A DNA stretch of 32,122 nt from a virus. Lineage: Duplodnaviria > Caudoviricetes. The DNA lies in IMG/VR virus record IMGVR_UViG_3300038379_000713, positions 1 to 32,122 of that record; one strand, 5' to 3'. The notes beneath the pieces are model-generated. The model was not told the DNA's origin. It made no database searches and was given only the letters and a program-made list of their open reading frames with translations. Every line of letters starts with the position of its first letter. Position 1 is the first letter of the stretch. The translations under genes were made by a program, and so were the position numbers. Of this stretch, positions 1-9,685 are shown piece after piece.

Positions 1-1402
1 CCCGCGCCTCCCAGGTCCGCGCCGCCGCCACGGCTTCCGGCACCGCCCCGGCCAGAGCCTCGGCGTCGTCGAGCCGGCTCTTGGCCCACCCGACCTGGAC
101 GCGGAACTCGCCGAAGGACAGGGCGTCGCCGCGGCCTTGCAGGACGTCCCGCGCGCCCTGCCACAAGGGGTTGCGCGACACCTGCCGGCCGTCCGCCGCC
201 AGCCGTTGCCGGTAGAGGAAATACTGCGCTTCCGTCTCCTGCATCGCCCGCGCCAGCTCGCCGCGCCGGCGGCGGTACTTCTGCCAGGCCGACACGTAGG
301 TGGCGCCGCCCTGCCGGTTCTTGTTCTGCAGGAACGGAATCTCCGTCAGCCGCGCGATGGCGTCGCGCGCCGCCAGGCTCTTGGATTTCAGCAGCCGCTT
401 CACCGGATTGTCGTTCAGCCGCTCCAGCCCAAACGCCGTCACCATCCCCTCGTTTTCCAGCATTTCGTTCAGGCGGGCCGCGGCGGCCGCGCGCCGTTCG
501 GCGCCGGACAGACCGGGAAACGCGGCTGCGCCGCCGTGCACGGCGGCGGCGCCCACGCCATCGAGCGGGGTGGCCTGGGCGGGGTCGATCAGGCCGGGCT
601 TGACGGGATCCCGCGCCTGCGCGGGGTCGATCAGGCCGGGCTTGACGGGATCCCGCACCTCCGCGGGATCCAGGATGCCCGGCTTCAGCGGCTCGCGCAC
701 CTGCCGGGGGTCGAGGACGCCCGGCCGCAGGCGGCCGTCGGCCGCCCGCTCGGCCACGTCCATCTCGTCGGCATAGCGCCGGCCCAAGCTGTAAGCCGTG
801 GCCGGCGCGACGCCGCGCATGGCGCCGAGGACGTGGCCGGCGACGGTGCCGATGGCGATGTTCAGCAAAGCGTCGCCGGCGGTCAGGTCGGGGTCTTCGT
901 TGGCGGCCAGTACCTCCCCGGCGGCGGCCGCCCCGCCGAGCGCGCCGGCGCCCACCAGGCTGCCGCGGCCGACGACCGCCGCGCCGACGGCGCTCAGGGG
1001 ATCGACCCCGGCGCCGAGAATCTGGCCGAGGACGGACCAGCCGCCGCCGTAATGCAGGGCGTCGCGCCGGCGGCGCCGCGCGTCCACCTGCCGCTTGCGG
1101 TCCAGCAGCTCCGCGGCGCTGCGCGCCCCCAGCAGGTCGTGGTAATAGCCTTCGTAGCCCTGGAGGTCGTCGGGCCGCACCTCGAAGCCGGGCTCGGCCA
1201 TGTATTTCCGGGGATAGGCCAGATCGGCGATGTCGCCGGCCAGGCCGGGCAGCGCCGACAGGACCGGCAGGGACAGCAGGCCCGCGGCGACGGCCTCGCG
1301 GGGCTCCACGCGCTGCTTCAGGTACATCGTCCGGGCGCTGTCGCGCGGCTCGATCTCGACGGCCGAGGCTGCGGACCTGGCGGGCAGCTCGATGAACGGC
1401 AT
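1..1402 (-). CDS. Large internal virion (ejection) protein, T7 gp16-position; 3' end truncated by window edge
   Basis: Manual translation from ATG at 1402 (MPFIELPARSAASAVEIEPRD...) stays open to base 1; starts 2 nt after the upstream stop; Gly/Ala-rich hydrophobic segment; position after the other internal virion genes. Confidence 0.75.
   Translation of the reverse strand, partial: MPFIELPARSAASAVEIEPRDSARTMYLKQRVEPREAVAAGLLSLPVLSALPGLAGDIADLAYPRKYMAEPGFEVRPDDLQGYEGYYHDLLGARSAAELLDRKRQVDARRRRRDALHYGGGWSVLGQILGAGVDPLSAVGAAVVGRGSLVGAGALGGAAAAGEVLAANEDPDLTAGDALLNIAIGTVAGHVLGAMRGVAPATAYSLGRRYADEMDVAERAADGRLRPGVLDPRQVREPLKPGILDPAEVRDPVKPGLIDPAQARDPVKPGLIDPAQATPLDGVGAAAVHGGAAAFPGLSGAERRAAAAARLNEMLENEGMVTAFGLERLNDNPVKRLLKSKSLAARDAIARLTEIPFLQNKNRQGGATYVSAWQKYRRRRGELARAMQETEAQYFLYRQRLAADGRQVSRNPLWQGARDVLQGRGDALSFGEFRVQVGWAKSRLDDAEALAGAVPEAVAAARTWEAR
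572..726. repeat. In-frame 42-bp tandem repeat (~3.5 copies; peptide KPG[LI][IL]DPA[QE][AV]RDPV)
   Basis: GCGGGGTCGATCAGGCCGGGCTTGACGGGATCCCGC at 579 and 621, followed by two degenerate copies. Confidence 0.9.
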
Positions 1403-1404
1403 GG

Positions 1405-3900
1405 CTAGTCGCCGTGCCAGAGATAGTCGATGGCGCGGCCGACGCGGTCGCCGACGCGGCCGGGAATGCGCGCCAGGTCGTCGATGGCCTGGCCGGCCGC
1501 CTCGTTGGCGGCGGTGCCGGACTGCACCGCGCTCTGCGCAATGCCGCGCAGCCAGCGCGGCAGATCCTTGACCGTTTCGGCCGCGGCCCGCTCGTCGGCC
1601 CGCTGCTTCTCGGTCACGGCCGCCGGCTGGAACGGATTCGTTTCCGGCGTGATGCGCTGCGGCCTGTACTCGCCGGGCACCCACACGTCCCAGGCCTGGA
1701 TGCCGCGGGCGAAGGCGTCTTCGTTCGGCGTGAAGAAGAACTCGCCGTTGCGCACGTACTCGCTCAGGCTCTTGGTGTAGACCGACTGCACGGACGGAAG
1801 CTTCTCCAGCTCGCGCACGTCCTCCAGCAGGCTGGCGCGGATCTGGTCGGCCGAGAGGCCCGTGGTCCGCTCGATGGGGTAGCGCGTGAACGTCGGCACG
1901 CCGGGATCCGGGCCGAACTGCGTGTAGCCGGCCGTCTCCTGGACGTCGGCCAGCGCCAGGATGGCGGCGCGCTCGGGCTCGCCTTTCGTTTCCGCCAGGC
2001 GGCGCTCGAACATCGGCGTGAACAGCGCCATGAAATCCGGCTCGGACGCCACGTCCAGCTGCATCAGGACTTCGGGCGCGGCGTCGGGGATGAAGCCGAT
2101 GGCCGGATTCGGCGGCTCGCCCGTCAGCCGCGCCCAAACGCCATACCACAGCGTGTTCTGCGCAATGGTGGTGCGCAGCGCCTGTTGCGCGTGCGTGGCG
2201 ACGAACGCGGGATCCCGGACCGCCTCGGCCGCGGACTGGCGCTGGCGGCTCACGTGATCGAACCGCTGCGCCTCCGCGACATGCAGCATCGCCTGGTTTG
2301 CGGCCTCGTTCGCGGTCATGCCGACGATGCGCGCGTTGTGCGCGACTTCCGTCAGGAACTGGTGCTGCTTCTCGCCGATGCCCGCGGACGCCGCCAGCTG
2401 CGGGTTGGCGGCAACGATGTCGGCATAGGTGGCCGCCAGCTCCTGGATCTGCTCGGGATCGCTCAGCGCGGTGGCGTTGGAGAAAGCGTCGCGCACGGTC
2501 CGGGGCATCTGGCCGAACTGCCTGACGAAATTCGCGGTCGCCACCCGCCCCTCGGCGGTGTAGGGGTCGTACAGCTGCTCCACGGCCAGCCCCTGCTCGG
2601 CCGCCGCCGCCTTGGCCGCCAGGTCGGCCGCCTTGCGGCCGGTGTCGTCGTTCGGCAACGGCCGGCCGGTCGTCAGCGACCGGTTCAGCAGGTCGTACAG
2701 CGGCTGCTGCTGCGCCTGCTCGACGATGTAGCGCGACTGGCTGTCGCGGATGGCGGCCTTGATCCGGCCGCGGGCCTGCTCGTTGGCGACGGGATCGCCG
2801 GAAAACGCCGTGGCGTCCGCTTCCAGGTAGAGCCGCGCCAGGGCGGCCGGATCGCCGGCGGCGCGGTCCATCTTTTCGTTCCAGGCGTTCAGCGTCCGCG
2901 CCTCGCGCAGGCGCAGGGATTCGGCCGCCTGCGCCCGCTGCAGGGAGGTCTCGGACGCCTTGAGATCGACCCAGGCCCGCGCCTCCGCCGCCATGGCCTC
3001 GATTTCCTCCGGGCTGGCCAGCGCGGCCAGCAGTTCCGGCGGGTTCTCCACGAGATCGTTCAGGTAGCGGTCGGACACATCGGTGTTGGGCCGGGCGACG
3101 CCGCCGATCGCCACTTTGCTGCCCAGCGCGGCGCTGGCGGCGTCGTGCATCAGCGCGCGCTTCACCGCGCCCAGGCGGTACTGGCGCAGCATTTCCTCGC
3201 CTTCCGCCGGGGAGAAATCCGGGTTGATCTCGCGGATGCGCTGCATCAGCGGCACGATCTCCGTCTGAATCATGCTCTCAATCTGGGCGAACGCATTCGG
3301 CGTCAAGCTGTAGGCGTCGGCCAGGTGCAGGATTTGCCGGTACTTGCTGTCGATCGCGTTGTTGAAGCCGTCGAGCGCCCCCTGCCGCTCGCGCGTCGCC
3401 TTCTCGTCGGCCAGCCGGCCGAACTTCTGCGCGCCGATGCGATGGAAATACGGCGCCAGCTCGCCCGCGACCTCGGGATGCAACGCGCCGGCGGTTTCCT
3501 GCGTGTAGGCGTTCCAGGCCTGGCGGAAGCCCTCGGGGTCGTCGGCGTGCTGCCGGCCGATCTCGTCCGCCCGCAGCGCCGCATCGGCCTCGGCCGCCTG
3601 CCGGTAGTTGAGCAGGGCCGCCTCGCGATAGGCGCGGCCGTAGATCGTGAAGTCGTCGGGCAGCGTGGTCAGCGGCAGCAGCTTGCCGTTTTCGTCGACC
3701 TGCACGGCGTTCTTGGCGCCGGCCAGCTTGCCCTGCACCGCGGCCTCGTTGGCCAGCTCCTCGAAGGCCACGTCCTGCACCTTGTCGATGACCTGGGCGA
3801 CCTGGCCGAACAAATCCGCCTGGGCGCGTTGCCCCGCGGACACGTCGTATTGGCCCAACGGGCCGACGACCGGGCGTTCCTCGTAGCGATCGAGCGCCAT
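1405..3900 (-). CDS. Internal virion protein (T7 gp15-position), 831 aa
   Basis: Long helical Ala/Glu/Arg-rich ORF with normal codon usage; syntenic position after tail tubular B and the small internal protein. Confidence 0.7.
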   Translation of the reverse strand: MALDRYEERPVVGPLGQYDVSAGQRAQADLFGQVAQVIDKVQDVAFEELANEAAVQGKLAGAKNAVQVDENGKLLPLTTLPDDFTIYGRAYREAALLNYRQAAEADAALRADEIGRQHADDPEGFRQAWNAYTQETAGALHPEVAGELAPYFHRIGAQKFGRLADEKATRERQGALDGFNNAIDSKYRQILHLADAYSLTPNAFAQIESMIQTEIVPLMQRIREINPDFSPAEGEEMLRQYRLGAVKRALMHDAASAALGSKVAIGGVARPNTDVSDRYLNDLVENPPELLAALASPEEIEAMAAEARAWVDLKASETSLQRAQAAESLRLREARTLNAWNEKMDRAAGDPAALARLYLEADATAFSGDPVANEQARGRIKAAIRDSQSRYIVEQAQQQPLYDLLNRSLTTGRPLPNDDTGRKAADLAAKAAAAEQGLAVEQLYDPYTAEGRVATANFVRQFGQMPRTVRDAFSNATALSDPEQIQELAATYADIVAANPQLAASAGIGEKQHQFLTEVAHNARIVGMTANEAANQAMLHVAEAQRFDHVSRQRQSAAEAVRDPAFVATHAQQALRTTIAQNTLWYGVWARLTGEPPNPAIGFIPDAAPEVLMQLDVASEPDFMALFTPMFERRLAETKGEPERAAILALADVQETAGYTQFGPDPGVPTFTRYPIERTTGLSADQIRASLLEDVRELEKLPSVQSVYTKSLSEYVRNGEFFFTPNEDAFARGIQAWDVWVPGEYRPQRITPETNPFQPAAVTEKQRADERAAAETVKDLPRWLRGIAQSAVQSGTAANEAAGQAIDDLARIPGRVGDRVGRAIDYLWHGD

Positions 3901-3901
3901 G

Positions 3902-4363
3902 TCAGGGCTGTTCCGAGGGATAGAGGACCCGGTAGGTCGAGAGCGCGCCGCCCAGGAGCGATTGGCCGGCGCCGAGATAGCCGCCGATCATGGCGCTCTT
4001 GCCGGCGCTCTTGAGCCCCTGGCTCTGCAAGCCCAGGCGGTAGTCGCGGCTGCGGGCCATCAGGCGGATGCCCTCGACGTCCCGGACCATCGCGTCCTTG
4101 TCGGCGCGGGTCACGGCCCGGATGGTGCTGGAGCGGTAGAAGTCGCGGCCCATGGCCGCCGACTGCGCCTGCTGCGCGCTGAGCGTCCGCTCGAGCTGCT
4201 CGCGCCGCAGGCGCTCCTCGTTGTCGGCCTGGATGGCCGCCATCTTGCGCTCGTCCTCGACCTGGGCGCGCTCGACGTCGGCGGCGGTCTTCTGCGCCCG
4301 CGCCTGCATGAGGGTCGAGCCGGCGGCCATGAGGGCCAGGGGAATGAGAAGGGCGGCCTGCAT
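3902..4363 (-). CDS. Small internal virion protein (T7 gp14-position), 153 aa
   Basis: ATG overlaps the tail tubular B stop (TGATG); hydrophobic N-terminus, Q/A-rich coiled coil, Gly-rich C-terminus. Confidence 0.7.
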   Translation of the reverse strand: MQAALLIPLALMAAGSTLMQARAQKTAADVERAQVEDERKMAAIQADNEERLRREQLERTLSAQQAQSAAMGRDFYRSSTIRAVTRADKDAMVRDVEGIRLMARSRDYRLGLQSQGLKSAGKSAMIGGYLGAGQSLLGGALSTYRVLYPSEQP

Positions 4364-6288
4364 CAGGTTTCCAGCTCCACCAGGAGGCCCTGGACGGTCA
4401 GGGGCAGCGGCTCGTCCTGCGTGAACTCCAGCTGCGCCACCTTGTCCCACCCCAGGAACCAGAACTCGTGCAGACCGTTGGCGTAGGCGGGCGGCTGCGA
4501 CAGATCGTCCGTCACCTGGCGGACCAGCAGCCGCTGGCCGCCGATCTTGAACGACAGCGTGTCCTTCAGCCGCACGACGGCGCGGATGATGCGTTTCTGG
4601 TCGCCGGTGATCGGCCCGTCGCCGAGCTGGCCGTCCAGCGGCATGGTCTTGCCCTGCACAGTGAAGTCGAGTCCGACGATGATTTCGGTCACGGCGTCGG
4701 ACACCGTGAGCTGGCCGCCGGCGGTCACGATGTAGCGGCCGAGATAGAAGCCGCCGGAGACGACATGCACCTGCTGGTTGGCGAACCGGGTCAGGCCCGT
4801 CCACAGGGTCTGCGGTGTTCCCGCCGTCAGCTTGGTGGCCGCGTCGAGGCTCCAGGTCTTGTCCCACTCGAAGCGTTCGAGCCAGTGCACGGTGGCGCCG
4901 GCGATGACGCGGGTCACCACGGCGAACAGGTACTGCTGCACGGCGCAGCAGGCAACGACGGTGCCCGCGGTGGACCACAGCGCCCAGCCGGCGATGCTTT
5001 CGGCGCGCAGCGACACGAACTGCGCCAATGTGCCGTCGCTGTTGAGGACGACGGCGAAGTAGTCGGGCTGGTCGCGGCCGCCGCGGACGACCTGGAGATC
5101 CTTGGGCGTGTTCAACAAATGGCCGGACAGCAGGCTGACCGAATCGGCCGTGTAGCGCAGGATCGAGTCCGCGAAGATGAACTCGCGGACCGTGTTGCTG
5201 TCCTTCTGCACGAACATCACGGCGTCGTCGAGGGTCCGCGGCCGGATCTTCTCGCTGCCGAACTCGGTCTGCGGTTTGAACGACACGTTGGCGGGCGTCA
5301 GCGGCTTGCTCTCGGTCGTCGGCACGTAGAACTCGCTGCTGTCGGTGAACAACAGGGGATGCGAGCCGGTGGCCATCCCCCGGGCCTCGTTCAGCTTGTC
5401 GGCGCCGATGGTCTCGGCGATGGCCTCGGCGTCCAGGCCGGTGCCGGGATCGAAATTGAAGAAGCCGTTGGTGCGCGAGGCCCAATAGCCGTCGGGCACG
5501 TCGCGCGAGCCGAAAAACACCAGGCGGCGGTCCACGAACATGCAGGTGACGGGATAGCCGTAGATCGACGAGAACGCCTGTTCCTCCCAGTCCGGATCGG
5601 CGGTGGTCGCCGGCAAGGTTTCGTCGACGCGGGCGGTGACGCGCGTGGCGCTGACAAACGTCAGGACGGTGAGCTGCTTGCCCTTGTACCACACGAGCTT
5701 GCCGACGTGAGCGGCGACCCAATAGTTGACGTTCGTGTCCAGGTTGATGGATGCGCCGGTGGTTGCCGACGGCTTCAGCGTCACCGTGTCATCGGCGTGC
5801 TTGTAACGGGGCATCCGGATCACGTTGGCGGCCAGGCCGGGCTCGTAAGCGACCTGGCTCACGGTGAACGACGACGCGCCCGTCCGCAGGATGCGCTGCT
5901 CCGGCATGTCCGGATGCGTCACGATCATCGTGTCCACGGCCTGCGTCCAGTAGAGATCCGGCAGCATGGCCGTGGTCCAGGGGCAGCCGCCGACGGTGGT
6001 CAGCAGGACGCCGAGGGCGTCGTAGACTTTCAGCTCGGCGTTGCCGAAGGCGAACAGGTAGAGCTGGTTGTTGGAAAAGATGAAGTCCGCCAGCCGCACG
6101 TTCGGCGTGCCGTGGTTGGCGAGATACTGCGTCCCCGGCCGGCGGCGCAACCCGCCCTGGGGGATCAGTGCCAGATTGCGGACCTTCTCGGCGCCCTGGA
6201 AATAGGCGTTGACGTCCGTGCGCAACGCCAGCAGCGGGTCGAGCTCGCCGCGCCCGAACGTGGTCTGCAGCTGCTTGGTCTTGGGCAT
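4363..6288 (-). CDS. Tail tubular protein B / nozzle (T7 gp12-like)
   Basis: N-terminal 'QTTFGRGELDP...N...PQGGLRRRPGT' signature, 'YPVTCMFVDRRLVF', C-terminal 'PLPLTV'; beta-rich, 641 aa. Confidence 0.9.
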   Translation of the reverse strand: MPKTKQLQTTFGRGELDPLLALRTDVNAYFQGAEKVRNLALIPQGGLRRRPGTQYLANHGTPNVRLADFIFSNNQLYLFAFGNAELKVYDALGVLLTTVGGCPWTTAMLPDLYWTQAVDTMIVTHPDMPEQRILRTGASSFTVSQVAYEPGLAANVIRMPRYKHADDTVTLKPSATTGASINLDTNVNYWVAAHVGKLVWYKGKQLTVLTFVSATRVTARVDETLPATTADPDWEEQAFSSIYGYPVTCMFVDRRLVFFGSRDVPDGYWASRTNGFFNFDPGTGLDAEAIAETIGADKLNEARGMATGSHPLLFTDSSEFYVPTTESKPLTPANVSFKPQTEFGSEKIRPRTLDDAVMFVQKDSNTVREFIFADSILRYTADSVSLLSGHLLNTPKDLQVVRGGRDQPDYFAVVLNSDGTLAQFVSLRAESIAGWALWSTAGTVVACCAVQQYLFAVVTRVIAGATVHWLERFEWDKTWSLDAATKLTAGTPQTLWTGLTRFANQQVHVVSGGFYLGRYIVTAGGQLTVSDAVTEIIVGLDFTVQGKTMPLDGQLGDGPITGDQKRIIRAVVRLKDTLSFKIGGQRLLVRQVTDDLSQPPAYANGLHEFWFLGWDKVAQLEFTQDEPLPLTVQGLLVELET

Positions 6289-6292
6289 GGGA

Positions 6293-6865
6293 TCACCGCC
6301 GCGACGTCAGGCGCGTCGGCTGGAGCCGTCGGGTCGTCTGCTGCTGGCTGTCGGCGGTCTTGGCGAACACCATCTGGTCGCTCCACTTGCGCCGCCAGGT
6401 GTCGGCCAGCGGGCCGTTGCGCGCAATGGCGCCGGCGAAATAGCTCGCGAGGTCGAACGTGACCAGCGTCACGAAGTAGGGCGGCCAGACGCTCTCGGCC
6501 GCGCGGTAGGCGTAGTCGAGGATCGGCCGGTCATCGGGGCCGAGATCGCAGTAGATGCCGTCGTCGTAGCGGTCGTAGGGGACCGGACAGTCCTGCAGCG
6601 TCAGGGCGTTGATGGCCAGGACGTCGGCCGGCGGCGTGTAGATCGCCGACCAGCGGCCCTTGGGCGCGTCGGCCGCCCGCTGCAGCTCCGCCTGCGTCGT
6701 GGAAAACCGCCAGCGGTGCAGCGACAGGTTGTTCTGCACGTTGCGCTCGTACAGCTGCCCGGCCACGGTGGACGGCGTCGTGCCCTCGGTGAAGGACGCG
6801 ATCGGCGGGATGCCGCAGAGAACGAGCGCATCCGAGCAGATGTCGAATCCGGTGTTCGACGGCAT
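6293..6865 (-). CDS. Tail tubular protein A / adaptor (T7 gp11-like)
   Basis: 'DICSDALVLCGIPPIASFTEG...LSLHRWRFST' motif, 190 aa, immediately upstream of tubular B. Confidence 0.88.
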   Translation of the reverse strand: MPSNTGFDICSDALVLCGIPPIASFTEGTTPSTVAGQLYERNVQNNLSLHRWRFSTTQAELQRAADAPKGRWSAIYTPPADVLAINALTLQDCPVPYDRYDDGIYCDLGPDDRPILDYAYRAAESVWPPYFVTLVTFDLASYFAGAIARNGPLADTWRRKWSDQMVFAKTADSQQQTTRRLQPTRLTSRR

Positions 6866-6880
6866 CCGCCGGACCCCGGT

Positions 6881-7132
6881 TTACGTGGCGTTGCGAACGA
6901 CGACGACGGCGGCGCCGCTGTTGGAGGTCACAGACAAGACTTCGCTCGACGGCGTGCCGCTGTTGCACTCGGCGAAGATGATGTCGCCCTTGCGGAACTC
7001 CTTGGCCGCGGCGTTGAAATAGTTGGCGGCGACGACGACGGTCACGTCATCCGTGTGCGCGTAGCGCCAGAGCGAGATGCCGGCGCGAGGCGCCCGATGG
7101 ATGAGCGCGAGGCCGCTGCGGAGAAAAGCCAT
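6881..7132 (-). CDS. Small virion protein (putative capsid decoration), paralog 2
   Basis: 83 aa; shares VVAANYFN.A...F.KGDII with 7222..7464. Confidence 0.7.
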   Translation of the reverse strand: MAFLRSGLALIHRAPRAGISLWRYAHTDDVTVVVAANYFNAAAKEFRKGDIIFAECNSGTPSSEVLSVTSNSGAAVVVVRNAT

Positions 7133-7153
7133 GTGCTGTTCCTTTGCTCAATG

Positions 7154-7223
7154 GGGAGGGGAGCCGGAGGCAAGTCCGGCCCCCCTCCGCGCGATCCCGT
7201 TCGGGTCTGAAGCAAACGGGATC
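7154..7223 (-). other. Two tandem intergenic stem-loops between the paralogous small genes (no U-tract)
   Basis: GGAGGGGAGCCGGA/TCCGGCCCCCCTCC and GATCCCGTT/AACGGGATC inverted repeats. Confidence 0.5.
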
Positions 7224-7464
7224 ACGTGCCGTTGACCACGGTCACGACCGCGGCACGGTCTGCGGAGCTCACCACCAGCGCGTCGATGGTGTTGGCGTTG
7301 GTATCGACGGCGATGATGATGTCTCCCTTGAAAAACTGGTCGCTGGCGCCATTGAAGTAGTTGGCGGCCACGACCGTGGCGATGGTGTCGGCCGAATGGT
7401 AGATGAACACATTCTTGCCGTTGGCGTGCGCGATGCGCGCCAGGTTGAGACTGTTGAGAGCCAT
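7222..7464 (-). CDS. Small virion protein (putative capsid decoration), paralog 1
   Basis: 80 aa, strong RBS (AAGGAG), directly downstream of the major capsid gene. Confidence 0.72.
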   Translation of the reverse strand: MALNSLNLARIAHANGKNVFIYHSADTIATVVAANYFNGASDQFFKGDIIIAVDTNANTIDALVVSSADRAAVVTVVNGT

Positions 7465-7491
7465 GCGGTTGTCGCTCCTTTCCCGACGGGC

Positions 7492-8325
7492 TTACGGGGT
7501 CACGTCGTAGACGTTTTCGATCACGCCCAGCGAGTCGATCAGGACGGCCCCCTGGCTCATCTTGTAGACGGACAGATGGGCCTGCTCCTTGCCCTGCCAG
7601 GTGATGTCGGCGGACAGATCCTTGCCGATGGCGTGGCCGGCGGCGCGGCGGTGGTACACGAACTGCTTGAAGTCGCCGTTGGCGTCCTTGCGCAGGCCGG
7701 AGTGCGGGAACCAGGTCATGCCGAGCCACTGCTTCGCCTGGATGCCCTTGAACGGCAGGTCGTTCTCGCCGACGTAGTCGGCGTTGGAGAACTCGTCGAT
7801 CTGTATCAGGTCGCCCCACGCCTGCCAGCAGACGACGTGGAACAGGTTGCCGTCGCCGACGGGCACGTCGGCCGCCCCCATGGCCTCCATGAAGGCGATG
7901 GGACCCGCCGCCGTGGACCAGATCTGCGCCACCGCCACGTTGTTGGGGTTGGTGGTCGCGTCCAGCGCGTCCAGGATGATGTCGTCGCTCTTGCGGCCGA
8001 CGGCGGCGGCGCCGGACTCGGCGGCCACCATCTTCTCGTCGTGGTTCACCTTGAGCTCGTCGAGCTCGTCGATGTACTCGCCGGCGTAGTGGTCCTTCAG
8101 CAGGCACTCCACGGGCGCGTGGACGAGGTTCATGATGGGCACCTGGCCGTGGCGGGCCTTCTCGCCGGCGACGCCCGCGCCCACGGTCTGGAACGTGGTG
8201 GACTTGCCCTTGACGTCGGTCTTGGTGCGGATGGTGTTGCGGAGCTTCGAGCCCATGCGCTGATACGCCAGGTGGACGTCGCTCTCGAACTGCTTGACGA
8301 AACTTTGGTCGATCGTGGTGGACAT
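7492..8325 (-). CDS. Major capsid protein
   Basis: 'MSTTIDQSFVKQFESDVHLAYQRMGSKLRNT...EYIDELDELK' typical of BPP-1/HTVC010P-like capsids; follows the scaffold gene. Confidence 0.9.
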   Translation of the reverse strand: MSTTIDQSFVKQFESDVHLAYQRMGSKLRNTIRTKTDVKGKSTTFQTVGAGVAGEKARHGQVPIMNLVHAPVECLLKDHYAGEYIDELDELKVNHDEKMVAAESGAAAVGRKSDDIILDALDATTNPNNVAVAQIWSTAAGPIAFMEAMGAADVPVGDGNLFHVVCWQAWGDLIQIDEFSNADYVGENDLPFKGIQAKQWLGMTWFPHSGLRKDANGDFKQFVYHRRAAGHAIGKDLSADITWQGKEQAHLSVYKMSQGAVLIDSLGVIENVYDVTP

Positions 8326-8534
8326 CGCGATTCGCTTTCTCTGACAGTGAAAACCGGTTCCGGTTGTCCCTGTCGTCCGGCGGGCGGTTGTCGCCGGCGT
8401 CGCCGCCGGCGGCCGCCGTCAGGAAACGCGGGGGCCGTGCACGGGCCGACATAAGCGATGTCGCGGAGGCTGGCGAAGCACAGACCTCGGCTAAGGACGC
8501 GGCTTCCGCCGCGCCCGTCGCCAACGGGTCGCCG

Positions 8535-9416
8535 TCACGTCGCCGTCTGGCCAGGGAACGCTCGGGCGTATTCGGCCTGCACCTGCGCCACGTAGGCCGG
8601 GTCCTTGTCCTTCGGGTGCCAGTAGCGGCGGTCCTGCTGCATCGCGCGCAGCTCGGCCAGCGTCTTGGCGCCGCCCTGGCGCTGCGTCTCGCTGCCGGGG
8701 CCGCCCGGCAGCACGGACGGGCCGCCGGCCTTCTGGATGATCGCCTCGATGGCGCCGATGGCGTCCGCCGACACCCCGGCGGCGGTCAAGGCGGCCGCGT
8801 GCTCTTTCGACAGGTTCTTGTCGAGCCACATCTGCACGGCCTCCAGGCGCGGCTTGGCGTTGGCCCCGAGCTTGGCCATCTCCTCGTCGAACACGGCCTG
8901 CCGGTGGCCATGCACGACGCCCAGGTAAGCGTGAATGCCCTTGGCGAACTGCTCCTGGGTCAGGCCGGATTCGTGCGCGGCGGAGCGCCACCAGCCGACG
9001 AGGGGATCGTCCTTGAAGGCTTCGGCGTCGAACGCGCCATCGGGCAGATCCCGGAGCTGGTCCGCGGACAGCTCCAGCCTGTAGCCGTCCGGCCGCTCCG
9101 GCAAGCCGCGGCGGCGCTCCGCCGCGATCTCCTGGCGGAGCTCGTCGCTGCGCAGGGTCACGATGGCTTTGTAATCGTCGCTCGTCAGCTCCGACGCCTT
9201 CTTGCCGATGAGCTTCTGCGCCTCGCCGTAGGATTTGGCGAGGTCGTCGGCGCGGATCGCCCCCTTGGCCGGATCCCAGAATTTCTCGGGCACGTGGTCA
9301 GGCCGCGCCGGCGGCGCGCCGCGCTCCCGGTCGCCGCCGCTATCGGCGCTGCCGGCGCCGCCGCCGGTCTCCGGCGCGCGCAAGGCGGTCGTGTGCAAAA
9401 GACCCGATTTCCACAT
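8535..9416 (-). CDS. Capsid scaffolding protein
   Basis: 'RPDHVPEKFWD...LAKSYGEAQK' and C-terminal 'ELRAMQQDRRYW...DPAYV' motifs; AAGGA RBS before ATG 9416. Confidence 0.85.
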   Translation of the reverse strand: MWKSGLLHTTALRAPETGGGAGSADSGGDRERGAPPARPDHVPEKFWDPAKGAIRADDLAKSYGEAQKLIGKKASELTSDDYKAIVTLRSDELRQEIAAERRRGLPERPDGYRLELSADQLRDLPDGAFDAEAFKDDPLVGWWRSAAHESGLTQEQFAKGIHAYLGVVHGHRQAVFDEEMAKLGANAKPRLEAVQMWLDKNLSKEHAAALTAAGVSADAIGAIEAIIQKAGGPSVLPGGPGSETQRQGGAKTLAELRAMQQDRRYWHPKDKDPAYVAQVQAEYARAFPGQTAT

Positions 9417-9418
9417 GG

Positions 9419-9685
9419 TCATTTCCTTTGTCGTGCAAGGTTGAGCCGGTTCATGAGAACCGACACGATGAAACGCTGCCCCTCCAGGTGGAACAGCGCG
9501 CGTTCGGCGATCTCCGGGCCGCAGACGGCGTTGATCGTGATGGACTTGAGATAGTCCAGCAGCGCCTCGCCGGCCGCGTCGCCCAGGGCATGGCCGACGA
9601 GCTGGTTGATTTCCTTCTCTTTTTCCGGCGTGCGCCGGAAGCCGTCGATCAGCGGATAGGGCGGCTGAGGCTGCGGCGCGCTCAT
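9419..9685 (-). CDS. Conserved phage protein between portal and scaffold (Bbp19-like)
   Basis: 'GEALLDYLKSITI...LFHLEGQRFIV' motif; overlaps the portal stop (ATGA). Confidence 0.75.
   Translation of the reverse strand: MSAPQPQPPYPLIDGFRRTPEKEKEINQLVGHALGDAAGEALLDYLKSITINAVCGPEIAERALFHLEGQRFIVSVLMNRLNLARQRK

Noticed and set aside
7465-7520. T7 gp10B-like programmed frameshift at the capsid 3' end
   Set aside because: No convincing slippery heptamer seen, and the next gene has its own strong RBS.
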